Positions 1-43,979 of a stretch of 64,000 bases of DNA are shown here, piece after piece. Source of the stretch: Hypanus sabinus (Eukaryota); the NCBI RefSeq assembly GCF_030144855.1, contig NC_082706.1, forward strand, positions 35,774,001 to 35,838,000, written 5' to 3'. Each line of letters starts with the position of its first letter. Position 1 is the first letter of the stretch. The position numbers were made by a program, and so were the translations under genes. A model generated the notes under the pieces. It was not told the DNA's origin and did no database searches. It saw only the letters and a program-made list of their open reading frames with translations.

Positions 1-30500
<30,500 letters not shown>

Positions 30501-30860
30501 GACTGCCGCCGCTCCACTTGCCCAACGACCCAGCCACCTTCCAATCTGACTTCCGGTCCAGCATGTATTTCCGGGTTAGGACTGACTGTAGTCTCCATGG
30601 TTACAATGTTCTCTCCTCATCTGGGCGGACAACGCGGTCATGTTTTCGACGTTACTTGGGATTTGTACTCGCCGCGGGAAGTTTTAACCTTCATAGTATG
30701 GGGTAGGTTTACAGTTTGTTAGCCTGGATGAGTTGGCTTATTTGGCCGCCATTTTACCCGTGGCCCGTCGCTACCCGCTGTGTAGGCTGAACTCGATGTG
30801 GTGACTGGCTGCAGTGGAGAGATGCGCCACAATGTCGGAACCATGTATAGAACAATACCG
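30501..30860 (-). promoter_or_regulatory. SNRNP200 5' UTR and promoter (CpG-enriched, housekeeping type)
   Basis: ETS-like CCGGAAGT (30549-30556) and CCGGAAAT; X-box-like GTAACCATGGAGAC (30591-30604); ZNF143-like AGTACAAATCCCA (about 30657-30669); YY1-like AAAATGGCGGC (30745-30755). Confidence 0.7.
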
Positions 30861-31879
30861 TCTGTGGTACGCAAACTTAATTAAATGCGCTGAGCTTCCC
30901 CATGCTGGACGTCAACGTCATCCCTATCAAACATGATAATGGACGTCTGTTGGAGGAACTCAGGTCTATGGAAATGAATAACATTTGATAGTTCGAGCTG
31001 AGTCCCTCCAACACTTTTAATGTCTTACAATGGACATGTGCAGAGTATTGATAAAACTTGAAATTTGGTTTATTTTCAGATATTTTTAAAATTTCATATT
31101 TGCAATACGTTCAATGTATTTTTATAATTTGCTATTTTCTTCCCATTGATGACTGCACTTCAGATTGTGTGCTGTCCGGTTTATTCTGAAGTCTTCTGAC
31201 TATTGTCTCGAAGTTATTTATCTAGAGAGCTGCAGGGTCAAAGGCGCACTGTACGCTGGTGAAGGCAAGCTAGCTCGACCCTGCTAAATTGACTGTGGAG
31301 AGCTGTTGTGCAATTTATATTTACTAGATTTCCTAAACTGTTCCCAAAGGTCAAAGCCTTGCCCATTGCCTACTTTGTAGTAGGATTATGCTTTAACCTG
31401 TGAACTCCTGCATTGATAGAGTTTTAATTAACACTTTGACCACTTGCACTAAAATTCATTGTTTCTGTTTTATTCTAAATGTTTTCTTGCATAAAAGTGT
31501 ATAATTTATATTTCTCTTGTGTGTGCAGCTTATTTGATGTTATGTGCCTGTAGTCTGCCAGTGAGTTATTCATTGCATCTGTGCGTAGATGTGTGTATCG
31601 CACACTCAACTTTGACTATCACTGTTCAGATTGAATACACTTGACAGTTTAGCAAGATGTTCCACTGTTGTAGTAAATAGGCTGCAACTTTTGACAAGCC
31701 CTTGTTTACGACAAGAATTATGTACAGTAAATGCTATCCACGGAAGTAGTCTTACAGAACCTAATTATTAGTAGGCCATTTGTGTAATGATTAAAACATA
31801 CCCAATATCACCCACATTCTGCAGCTGAGTCAGACTGTGTGTGAAATCTAAATACCGCTATGTGGCGAGGTTCTATTTG

Positions 31880-32875
31880 GCCCTGGTCTTGCGAAGAATG
31901 GGTCTCACCTCCTTGTCAGCTGGACATTGACACACTACCTGCCCTTTGTTGAAAAGTTCTTTCAGACCAATACCTTCAAACACACATCTATTGAGCAGCA
32001 GAACTTCCTGCAGACATTGCATGAGGACTCAATGGACGCAGTGGGGTGGCTCCCTGAGCAGACTGTACAGACTAGCAAAATGTCTCATCGTCAGATTCCA
32101 CCAACAGGCCTTGATGGTTAGAGGGACCCTCCTAGTCAGATCCTTCCTGCATGCCTGTACCATCAACCCCCTTCACACCGACCATGGGGTGACTGTAGAG
32201 ATGGTGGCTCACCTCTTTGAGGAATGTGGGTTTGCAAAGAGGGTGTGGATGTTGATGAAAAGGCCTGTGTCATCTGGAGAAGCTGTGTGACAGCTCTGAT
32301 CTACGGGCTGTTCCCAGGCACACACACACAGATGCAGATACAATAGGGTCTTTTAAGAGACTCTCAGATAGGTACATAGAGCTTAGAAAAATAGGGGGCT
32401 ATGTAGTAGGGAAATTCCAGGCAGCTCCTAGAGTAGATCAATGGTCGGCACATTATGGGCTGAAGGGCCTGTAATGTGCTGTAGATTTCTATGAATATCA
32501 AGTGCTGCTGGTAGATCATAAACACGATGAAAGACGCTCTATGATCTGCTTGAAACATGTTTGCTGTCACGTTGAGAAGTCCCTGGAGGAATGTTGTCTG
32601 TCAATATGCGCTGAGGGATTGAAACCTGGTTCAGCCACCGCAATGGCTCAGTGGGGAAGGGCCACAATGTATGTTCTCCCATTTCTAGAGAGATGGATGG
32701 AGAAGTCCTCAAGTATTGTAATAGTACGACAAGTGGCCCCAGTGCTGTTGGTGTGTCAGAATGTATGAGTACAGTACTGAGAGCATTGACTGTGAATGTA
32801 AGAAGGATCAGGCATCGCACAGTTTATTCTTGGAAATTACTTTTTATTTATGAATAAAGTTTATTTTGATTTTTT
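31880..32875 (+). mobile_element. Tx1/L1-clade 3' fragment with nested CR1 tail (about 32335-32490)
   Basis: Zinc-knuckle-like E.VAHLFEECGFAKRVW; AATAAA tail near 32853. Confidence 0.65.
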
Positions 32876-32884
32876 TTAAAAACA

Positions 32885-34290
32885 GGATCCTACCACTAAA
32901 CACACCACCTCCCCCTTTCCACTTTCTGTAGGGATTGATCTCTAAATGATTTCCTTGTCTACTCATTCCCTCATTAATTCCCCTCCTGGAATTTATTTCT
33001 GCAAATGGGACAAGTGCTAAGCCTGTTCTTTACCTCCTCCCTCCCCACTATTCAGGGTCGCAAACATTCCTTACAGGTCAGGCAACACTTCACCTGTGAG
33101 TCCTTTGGGTTTATCTGCTCTCTCTGGTAATCTTGATGCAGCTTCTTCTGAATCAGTGAAACCTGGCGTCATTTGAGGGACCGCTTCTTTGAGCACCCTT
33201 TGTTATCTACCACAAAAGACGGAATTTCCCGGTGGCCATTCCCATTCTGACATGACCTCGTCTGCTTCTTACCTCACCCCCCCACCAGACATTTACTTTC
33301 TGTGCACTCACCCATCCCAATTGTGTTGATGGGAGGAGGGGTGAGGACAGATATGTGGGTGAAGGCAATTGCGGTGGAAGGGAAATGTCATTCTTTGCAG
33401 GAGGACATCTGGTATGCTTGGTCACAGCAGCTTCTGGGGCCAAGGTATTACTGTCTTTTTTTAAACGTATTTATTTATGATTGCAAGACACTGCTGGACA
33501 TTAAGAACCCATCAGCGAGTTGTTCATTGGCAGAGGAAACTGAAGGAGCTAAGACTTGATGTTGCCTGCAACAGAGAAGAGTTGATGCGAGAAGACAATG
33601 TGCAGTCAGTGAATGATCATCTTAGTTGATTTTCTTGGTATTGCAAGACCCTGTAGGACATTGGTAATGTGAAATATTTAAAGTTTGGTGAATGGTGGTG
33701 CAAATGGAGGGGGAGCTGTGTGGCCTCGGTCACACCACAGTGCAAACTAGACCTGCTGCCCAGGAGAGACAGCAGTCAGCGCACTCTGCTGGAGTGCTGG
33801 AGGCGATGTGACATGGCATCGGTGCTGCTCTCCAGTGTTCACTCAGCACCAAAATGTATTGTGTTCAACAGCAGGTTGCTGCAACATTCAGGGACTTAGG
33901 AACTTGAATTATATTTTTTTTGTGTGTGACTATTTTATTCCTGTCTTATATGTGCTATGTATTCCTGTATGGTTGAATGACAATTACTTGAACTTGAAGC
34001 CTCTCCTCCTTCCCTTCCATGGTTCACTGTCCTCTCCTATCAGATTCCGTACTCTTCAGCCCTTTACCTCTTCCACATATCACTTCCTAGCTTTTTCCTT
34101 CCTCCTTCCCCCTCACTTGTTTTCACATACCATCTTACATACTCCTTCACTTCCCTCACATTCTGGCATTTCCCATCCTTTAGAGCCTCAGTCTGAAACA
34201 TTGATCATTCCTCTCTGCAGATGCTGCCAGACTTGTTGAGTTCCTCCAGCACTTTGTGTGTTTGCTCAAGATTTCCAGCATCTGAAGAAT
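32885..34290 (+). mobile_element. Decayed Penelope-like element, interrupted at about 33290-33997
   Basis: GIY-YIG-like remnant (QVRQHFTCES...ET.R.L.DRF.EH, 33070-33200) and a terminal repeat with a degenerate hammerhead (33998-34290). Confidence 0.65.
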
Positions 34291-35039
34291 CTCTTGTTTA
34301 TAACCTACCACTCCATGTATTGTAAAAACTTGAATCAGATATCCCCTTTAACCTACCCCCTCTCAGCTGAAGGCTACGCTGTCTAATATTGAAAAATTTC
34401 TACCCCAGGAAAAAGGTTCTTGCTGTCTCTGTCTATGCCTCTCATAATTTGTAATCTATCATGTTTCCCCTCAGCCTCTGACGCTCCAGAGAAAACATTA
34501 TAAATTAATCAAACCCCTCCTTATAGGCAATATCCTGTAATCCAGGTAGCAATCTGGTAAATTTCTTCTCAACCCCTTCCAAAGCCACCTCATCCTGAGG
34601 AGCTGCACAAACAACTACGAAGTTTTAGACAACGTCCTGACTCTTATATGCCATGTGCCCTTTTTTTAAAAACCCATTTTATCTACTTTCATGGACATAG
34701 TCTTAGAAAAGCACAGCACTGAAAAAGGCCCTTTGGCCCAACTGGTCTATGCTGAACCATTTACACTGCCTAGTCCCATCAGCCTGCACCATAACCGTAG
34801 CCCACCAATTCATGTACCTATCCAAACATCAATGTTGAAATTGAGCTTACGTGGACCACTTGCAGTGGCAGCTTTCTACACTCTTATGATTTTGAGTGAA
34901 TTAGTTTCCCCACATGCTTCCCTTCAGTGTTCACTGTGGAGGGCACTAGCAGTGTGTCAGATGTTGAAATGTGGGAAGGAAGATAAGTGGGTGCTGTTAC
35001 TATTTCAAGGGAGAAATTGCTCCAAAGACCCAAGTCACC

Positions 35040-38000
35040 CAGGTAAGATGAACTGTACCCTAGGGTTCTAAAGGAGGTAGCAGTAGAGATTGTGGAGTCA
35101 TTAGTAATGATCTTTCAAATATCATTGGGCTCTGACATGGTGCCAGAAGATTGGAAAATTGCAAATGTCACTTCACTCTTTAAGGGAAGAAAGCAGCAGA
35201 AAGGGAATTAATAGACCAGTCAGCATGACCTCAGTTGTTGGGAAAATGTTGGGGTCAATTCTTAAAGATGAGGTAATAGAGCACTTGGTAACACAGGACA
35301 AGATAAAACAAAATCAGCATGGTTTCCTTAAGGAGAAATCTTGCTGAAGAACCTGTTGGAATTCCTTGAGATTACAAGTAGGATAGATAAAGGGGATGCA
35401 GTGGATGTTGTATAATTGGACTTTAAGGCCTTTGACAGGGTGCCATATGAGGCTGCTTACCAAGTTAAGAGCCCATGGTATTACAGTAAAGTTACTGGCA
35501 TGTTTAGAGCATTGGCTGATTGATAGGAGGCAGCAAGTGGGAATAAAAGGATCCTTTTCTGGCTGACTGTCGTTGACTAATGGTGTTCCATAGGCTTGGT
35601 GTTGGGAACAATTTCTTTTTATGCTGTTTATCATTGATTTAGATGATTGTCAAGTTTGCGTTGTTGCCAAGTTTGCAAATATTAAGATTGCAGGGCTAGG
35701 TAGTGTTGAGGAAACAGGTAGGATGCAGGCCTTGGATCAGGAGAATGGGCAAGAAAGTGGCAAATGAAATATAATGTTGGAAAATGCACAGGTCAAGGAT
35801 TTTGGTAGTAGAAATAAATGTGCAGACTATTTACTAAACACAGAAAATCCAGAAGTCTGAGATGCAAAGGGACTTGGGAATTCTTGTGCAGAACACCCCA
35901 AGGTCAAATTGCACGTAGAATTGGTGGTGACGAAGGCAAAAGCAATCTTAGCATTGATTTCAAATGGTCTAGACTACAAGAGCTGGATGTGATACTTCAT
36001 CTTGAATACAGTGAACAGTTCTGGGCTCATCTTAAAAGATGTGCTGGCATTGGAAAGGGTTCAGAGGTTCACAAGGATGATCCCTATGGATAATGTAGTG
36101 GTATGGGTAGGGTTTTTGTGGCAAGATGCAAGTAGATCGTCAAGCTTCCCCCCCCCCACCCCACAGATACTGAGACCCAGCGAGATTCAAACTCAAGACC
36201 ATCTTCGAAGCCCAGTACTGAAGCCACTACACCACTGGCTGGCCCAGCCTATCTATGCCCCTCATAATTTTGTATACATTCATCAAATCTTCCCTTTAAT
36301 TTTTTTACATTCCAAGGAATAGCTTTCTTTGTAACTCAAGTCTTCCACTCCCAGCAGCATCCTTGTGAATTTTCTCTACTCTTTCGACTTTATTTACATC
36401 TATCCTGTATGTAAATGACCAAAATTGCACAGTACTGCAAATTAGCCCTCAACATTGTCTTTTACAACTTCAACATAACATCCCATCTCCTGTGCTCATT
36501 ATTTTGATTTATGAAGGCTGATGTGTCAAAAGCTATCTTTACACCCTTATCTTCCTGTCCTGACACTTTATTTGAATTATGGACCTGTATTCCCAGATCC
36601 CTTTGTCTACAGCACTCCTCAGTGCCCTACGGTTCACTATGTAAGACCTACCGAAGTGCAACAATTTGTACTTAACTTCCATCTGTCATTTTTCATGTTG
36701 GTCCAGATCCCGCTGCAACCTCAGTCTTCCTCACCATCCATTACAGCATCAATCTTTGTATAATCTGCAAATTTGCTAACCACATTATTATCCAGATCGT
36801 TGATTCAAATGATAAACAGTGGACCTGTTTACCAGTGTACCAATCCCTGCAGCACACCACTGGCTGCGGGCCTACAGTCAGAGTCAACCATCTACTATCA
36901 CTCTCTGGCTTCTCCCACAAAGCCAAAGTCTAATCCAACTTACTACTTCATTTTAAGTGCTGAAATAATTGAACCTTTTTAGACTAGCCTCTCATGCAGG
37001 GCCTTGTCAAATGCCTTGCTGTAGTCCACATAGACAACATACACTGCCTTGCCTCAACTTTCCTGTTATCTTCCACGAATGACTCGAAGACTGGTTCGAA
37101 ACAACCTACCATGCAGAGCCATGCTGACTATCCTTAATCAGTTCCTGTCTATCCAAATACTCATATCCAGTGCCTTAGGGCACCTTTCAATAACTTTCTC
37201 CCTAATGATGTCAGGCTCACTGGCCAATCATTTCCTGGTTTAGTATTAGAGCCTTTTTTAAAAACAGCATTAACTTTCCCCCAATCCTCTGGTACCTCAC
37301 TTGTCATTAAGGATGATTTAAATATCTGCTCGGTAATACCTTGTCAGACCCTGAGGATTTTTCCACCCTAATTTACCTCAATGCAGCAAACACCTCCTCT
37401 GTAATATCTGTCGGGTCCATGACCTAGCTGCTGCTTTGCCTCACAGTCTGCCTTCCAAGTAAAATATCCATTTAAGATCTCACTTTTTCTCCAGGCATAG
37501 ATTACCATTCTGATCTTCCAGAGGAAGAATTGTCATTTGCAACCCTTTTGCTCTTAAATTTAGAATCCTTTGGGATTCTCCTTCACCTTGTCTGCTAGAG
37601 TAAGGTCATGCCTTCTTATCTCTTCCCCCCCCCCCCCCCCCCCCCGGTAAGTGTTCTCTTGCATTTCTTAAATACCTCATTTGTTCCTACTTGCCTATAC
37701 TGCTATGAACTACTTTTTTTCCTAAGCCAGGGCCTCAATATCTCAAAAGGTTGAGGGAACCTCTGTTTATCTTTACCATTTATTTTAACAGGCACATGCA
37801 ATCTTTATACTCTCAGAATTTAACTTTTGAAGGCCTCCCACTTGGACCCCAAGATCCCTGTGTATATAAATGCTCTTAAGGTTCCTGTATTAACTGTCTA
37901 TTTTCTCCTTATTCTCACTTACACTAATCTGCTGTTTCTCTGCCCATAACTGTAACTGATCTATTTCTTGTATGGTTTGAAAACATTGATGGTCTGTTAA

Positions 38001-38280
38001 CTCCACCCATTTGTATCAAATGGAAAAACTTATTAACCAATCCATGAACACCACTTGTCATAGATACTTGTCAAGTAGAATAACACCCTTCCACCACCAC
38101 ACTATCTTCTATGGGCAAGCCAATTCTGAATCCAGACCACCAATTCACTATGGATACCAGGCATCTTAACTCTTCTTGATCAACCTACTTTCTTGTGAAA
38201 TGCTTAATGAAAGTCCACATGGATAACATGCACTGCCATACCCTCCTCAATCACCTTGGTTACATCATCAACTTTACTTT
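35040..38280. repeat. Decayed CR1 LINE fragments (plus strand 35040-36085, minus strand about 36250-38280)
   Basis: RPVSMTSVVGKML, QHGFLK.KSC, LERVQRFTRMIP. Confidence 0.75.
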
Positions 38281-38649
38281 TCCTTAATAATTCTTAAAAG
38301 TTAAGGAGTTATAATTACTATTTCCAATATACTTTCCCACGAGTTCTGCAGATACTAGAAATACTTATGGAATTCAAGAGCTATGAGATAACTAAGGCTC
38401 TAAAACCTTTTTTTTTAACTTTTTTTATTGCATTTTTAAATGGTTACAAAGTATGAAAAAACAATGTATATAACCCTTACCCCCTCCCCCCTAACTGCCC
38501 TATAGAAAAAAAAAAGAAAGAAAGAAAGAAAGAAAGAAAGAATGCCTGGTTGTTGGAAGATCTCCACATGCTCCATGGAATTCGTAATAACTTTAATATG
38601 TATATTTATTTCTTTCCCCTAATAACCAATTGTTTCATCTTCAGAGCAT

Positions 38650-41600
38650 CTATATATTTAATCCTGTCTTTTGTAAATAAGGGCTCCAAATTTTCAGAAA
38701 TGTTTCATATTTATCTCTTAAATTATAAGTAATTTTTTCTAATGGAATACAACCATAGATTTCTTTCTTCCAAGAATCTATACTTAAATGTGTATCCGAT
38801 TTCCAAGTAACTGCAATAGCTTTTTTGGCTACTGCCAGTACAATTTTTATAAATTCTTTCTGATACTTATTTAGTTTGAGTTTCGGTTTTATCCCTTCAA
38901 TATCACCTAGTAAAAATAATATTGGATTATGAGGAAGTTGTGTTCCTGTAATTTGTTCCAGTAAAAGTCTTAAATTTGTCCAAAAAGGTTGAATTTTAGA
39001 GCAAGACCATGTCGAATGTAAAAAAGTACCAGTTTCCTGGTTACATCGGAAACACTGATCCGATAAATTTGGATTTAATTTTTTTATTTTTTGTGGTGTA
39101 ATATATAATTGATGTAGAAAATTATACTGCACTAATCTTAACCGAACATTTATTGTATTTGTCATACTATCAAGACATAGTCTTGACCAATTTGTTTCTT
39201 CAATTTTAATATTCAAATCACTTTCCCATTTTTGTCTTGACTTATTGGCTCCTTGTTTAATTACCTGTCTTTGAATCAAGTTATACATGCAAGATATAAA
39301 TTTTTTAATATTTCCTTTTTGAATTAAAATTTCTATTTCATTAGATTTCGGCAATAACATTGTTTGACCTAATTTTTCTCTTAAATACGCCCTTAATTGA
39401 AAGTAACAAAATAAAGTGTTGTTTGATATTTTATATTTATTCTTTAATTGATCAAATGACATTAATATACCTCCTTCAAAACAATTCCCTATATATCTAA
39501 TCCCATTTTGAATCCAATTATATAAAAGTTGATTGTCCATTGTGAAAGGAATAAGTCTATTTTGAATTAAAGATCTCTTTGCTAATAAAGATTTTTTTGT
39601 CTCATCATCAACATTTATCTTGTTCCATAAATCAATCAAATGTTTTAATATAGGAGATTCTTTCTTTTCCCGTATCCATTTAGATTCCCATTTGTATATA
39701 AAATCTTCTGGTACATTTTCTCCTATTTTATCTAATCCTATTCTAATCCATGCCGGTTTATCTTTCTCGAAAAAAGATGCAATAAATCTAAGTTGATTTG
39801 CTTTATAATAATTCTTAAAATTTGGAAGTTGTAATCCTCCTAGATCAAATTTCCATGTCAATTTTTCCAACAATATTCTTGACATCTTACCTTTCCAGAG
39901 GTATTTCCTCACATATTTGTTTAACTCTTGAAAAAACTTCTGGGGTAATTGTATTGGTAATGATTGAAATAAATATTGTAATCTAGGGAATATATTCATT
40001 TTTATAGTATTTACTCTACCTACTAATGTTATTGGTAATGCCATCCATTTTTCAAGATCTTCCTGAATTTTTTTCAAAAGTGGTAAGTAATTTAATTTGT
40101 ATAAGTTTTTTATATCATTATCAACTCTTATACCTAAATATTTTATACCATTTGCTGGCCATCTAAATTGAGTTATTAATCGACATTGATTATAATCTCC
40201 TTTAGTAAGAGGTAAAATTTCACTTTTATCCCAATTTATTTTATAACCCGATATTTTCCCATATTCTTCTAGTCTATAAGATAATTTGCGTAGTGAATGT
40301 AATGGATCTGTTAAATAAAGTAGAACATCATCAGCAAATAAGTTAATCTTGTATTCTTCCTGATTAACTCTGAAACCCTTAATATCTGGGTCCATTCTAA
40401 TTAATTCAGCTAGTGGTTCTATTGCCAACACAAATAAAGCAGGTGATAGTGAGCAACCTTGCCGAGTTGATCTTGTTAACTGAAATGATGTTGAAATTTG
40501 ACCATTTGTCACTACTTTAGCTTTGGGATTAGTATTTAAGGTTTTAATCCATTTTATAAATGATGTTCCTAGTCCATATTTTTCCAATACCTTAAATAAA
40601 AAATCCCATTCCAATCTATCAAATGCTTTTTCTGCATCTAAAGCAACTGCCACACTCATTTCCTCCCTCTTTTGTGCTAAATGGATTATACTAAATAACC
40701 GAGTTACATTATCTGCCGATTGTCTATTTTTGATAAATCCTGTTTGATCCATATGCACTAATTTTGGTAAGCATTTAGATAATCTATTAGATAAGATTTT
40801 TGCTATTATTTTATAATCGGTGTTTAATAAAGAAATAGGTCTATATGATGCTGGTTTTAAAAGGTCTCTGTCTTTTTTTGGCAATACTATTAAAATAGCT
40901 GTTGAAAAAGATTCTGGAAGTTTATGCGTTCTTTCCGCTTGATATATTAACTCCATAAAAGGAGGAATTAATAAATCTTTAAACTTTTTATAAAATTCAG
41001 GTGGAAAACCATCTTCTCCTGGAGATTTATTACTTTGAAGTGATCCCAAAGCTTCTTCAACTTCCTTCAATGTAAAAGACATACCTAATCCCTTCTGTTC
41101 TTCTGTATTTAATTTTGGAAGAGTTATTTGTGATAAAAATTCTTCTATCTTAACGTCATCATTCTTTGATTCTGATTTATACAACTCAGAATAAAAATTC
41201 TTAAAAGCCTCATTAATTTCTAGAGGTTTATAAGTAATTTCATTCACTTTTGTCCGAATTGCATTTATTGTTTTAGAAATCTGATCTGTTTTTAACTGCC
41301 ATGCAAGAACTTTGTGATCTTTCACCTAATTCATAATATCTCTGTTTAGTTCTCATAATTGCTTTTTCTGTTCGATATGTCTGGAGTGTATTATATTTTA
41401 ACTTATTAATAAGTTGTCTTCGTTTTTCTTCTGTCATATTTCTTTGAGATTCTTTTTCTAATTTTATAATCTCTTTTTCCAATTGATCTATTTCTATCAT
41501 ATATTCCTTCTTAATTTTAGAAGTATAACTTATTATCTGGCCTCTCAAATATGCTTTCATTGCTTCCCACAATATAAATTTATCATCAACTGAATGTAAA

Positions 41601-42412
41601 TTTGTATCTAAAAAGAACTGAATCTGCTTTTTCATAAAATCACAAAAATCTTGACGTTTTAGTAAAATTGAATTAAATCTCCATCTATAAATTGATACGT
41701 CTTTATCATTGTCATTATTAAAGGAGAGTGATCAGACAATATTCTTGCTTTATATTCCACGTTTTTCACTCTATCTTGAGTATTTGTTGATATTAGGAAA
41801 AAATCTATCCTTGAATATGTTTTATGTCTATTTGAATAGAATGAATAATCCCTTTCTTTTGGATTGATTCTTCTCCATATATCAATCAAATTTAAATCTT
41901 TCACCAATGATAGAGTTAATTTTGCTACTTTTGATTTTGTAATAGCCTTTATTGATCTATCTAAAACTGGATCTAAACAAAAATTAAAATCTCCACCTAT
42001 TAATATTTTATCATGTGCATTAGCCAAATTCAAAAAGACCTCCTGTATAAACTTAACATCATTTTCATTTGGTGCATAAATATTCATAAGAGTCCATAGT
42101 TCTGAAAAAATTTGACAATGTATAATTAAATATCTTCCTGCCGAATCAATTAATACATTTTGTATTTTAATTGGTAAATTTTTATTAACCAAAATTGCAA
42201 CTCCTCTTGCCTTTGAGTTAAATGAAGCTGCAATAACATTTCCAACCCAGTCTCTTTTTAATTTCTGATGTTCTATATCCGTTAAATGAGTTTCTTGTAA
42301 GAAAGCTATATCTATTTTCATTTTTTTTAATGTATGTTAAAATTCTTTTTCTTTTTATTGGTCCATTAAGCCCATTAACATTAAAACTTAAAAAATTCAA
42401 TAAATTAGTCAT
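38650..42412 (-). pseudogene. L1 ORF2p (APE endonuclease, RT, CCHC) with 3 frameshifts
   Basis: NVNGL, LQETH, GGDFN, SDH; YRPISLLN, LDAEKAFD, FADD; CFRC...H....C. Frameshifts near 42325, 41705 and 41312. Confidence 0.9.
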
Positions 42413-42863
42413 TATTTTTATTTATGTTACTCCAATCTATAATAATACCTAATCTTTCAACTTTCATTGTATCCTGGGAAATCTTTTTAAAAGTCTCCAT
42501 GTTGCTATGTGTGTCCCCACCAATCATCCAGGCAAAAGAATAGAAGAAAAATAGAAAATAAAGAAAACAACAAAATACCCCCCTACTAACGTTGTGAAAG
42601 AAAGGAAACAACATTACCCCCCTCTATTGTACGGGTCATGGCAATCGCCATGATTACACACGTGAATCCCGTAGTAACCGATTCAAAGCTCCCCAGCCCC
42701 CCCGCAACATAAAAAATATATATATAAAAAAACCATACTATTCTCAATTAATATTTCTAAAATATTACTTTTCTCCCTTATATCGTCCTTAAATGTCCAT
42801 CAGTTCCATTTGCTTTCTCTGTCTTCGTCTTTAACCATTACATTTAGAAATCTCTACTTTTAA

Positions 42864-43979
42864 TTAATGAAGAGATGAAAGTTTTTGTGCAAACACCTCC
42901 GCATCTTGATAATCAGAAAAAAATCTTTTTCCTTCCTCCAAAAAAATTATCAGTGTTGCTGGGTGACGCATTAAAAACTTATAACCTTTTTCCCACAAAA
43001 CATTTTTAACTGGATTAAATTCTTTCTTTCTCTTCAAAAGGTTATAACTTATATCAGGATAAAAAAGAACTGGTTTCTCAGCTATCATCAACGGACCTTT
43101 TCTTCTTTTAGCACCCTGGGCAGCCGCCCTCAAAATCTTTTCTTTATCTTGGTATCTTAAACATCTTATCAAAATTGATCGCGGATTTTGATCATCTTGA
43201 GATCTTGGTCTTAAGGCTCTGTGCACCCTTTCAATCTCAATTAAAGTTTCTTCTCCCATTTCCAATTTTTCAGGAATCCATTTTTGAAAAAAATTTATTG
43301 GGTCTTCTCCTTCGGTACCTTCTTTAAGTCCAACAATTTTAATATTGTTGCGTCTGCTAAAATTTTCAAGTTTATCAATTTTTCCCACGAGTTGTTTTCT
43401 TTCTGATGTCCAGGCATCATTATCATCTTCCATCCTCTTCATTCTTCCCTCCATTTCTTCCATTTTGACGTCCAAATCTGTAATTTTCTTTTCCATTTTT
43501 TCCTGTTTCTTTGTCATTTTATCAAACATAGCCTCCATATTTGTTATTTTTTCTGTAATTACTTTTTGGTTACTTTTAATTACTTTTAATGCATTTAATT
43601 TTTCTAATTTATGCATTATTTGCCTCAAAGTCTTTTTTGTATTTTCAGAGGAACTTTCATCTTGATCTCCATCTTCGTCTGATTTTTCCAGAGAGTCTGT
43701 CTCTCTCTCAGACTCACTTTCACTGTCGGTTTCAGTCGTTGCTGGGTTTTGTAGTTCTGGTTGCTCTCTTTTGCGCATGCTCGTTCCTTTATGCTTGCGC
43801 AGTTCTCGTTGATCTTTCCCTTTAGAAATGGCCGATGCTGCAGCAGTCTCCTTTTCTGTTTCACCGGTGGTGTTTTGTACCTGAGTCCGCGGTTCTTCGG
43901 TAGATGTAGGCCTTGATTCTGTTCCAACTTGAGCGGTCTTCGCGGTAGCAGTTTTCTTCGTCCTCTGTTTATGAGGCAT
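42864..43979 (-). CDS. L1 ORF1p (coiled coil, RRM, CTD), intact, 371 aa
   Basis: Motifs LENFSRRNNIKIVG, IERVHR, PRSILIR, FYPD. Confidence 0.9.
   Translation of the reverse strand: MPHKQRTKKTATAKTAQVGTESRPTSTEEPRTQVQNTTGETEKETAAASAISKGKDQRELRKHKGTSMRKREQPELQNPATTETDSESESERETDSLEKSDEDGDQDESSSENTKKTLRQIMHKLEKLNALKVIKSNQKVITEKITNMEAMFDKMTKKQEKMEKKITDLDVKMEEMEGRMKRMEDDNDAWTSERKQLVGKIDKLENFSRRNNIKIVGLKEGTEGEDPINFFQKWIPEKLEMGEETLIEIERVHRALRPRSQDDQNPRSILIRCLRYQDKEKILRAAAQGAKRRKGPLMIAEKPVLFYPDISYNLLKRKKEFNPVKNVLWEKGYKFLMRHPATLIIFLEEGKRFFSDYQDAEVFAQKLSSLH

Noticed and set aside
30518-30722. Plus-strand ORFs in the SNRNP200 promoter
   Set aside because: Short, no recognisable homology and no downstream exons found.
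43345-43927. Antisense and alternative-frame ORFs over L1 ORF1 (ORF0-like?)
   Set aside because: Shadow frames of an A-rich coiled-coil region with non-ATG or weak starts; no supporting signal.
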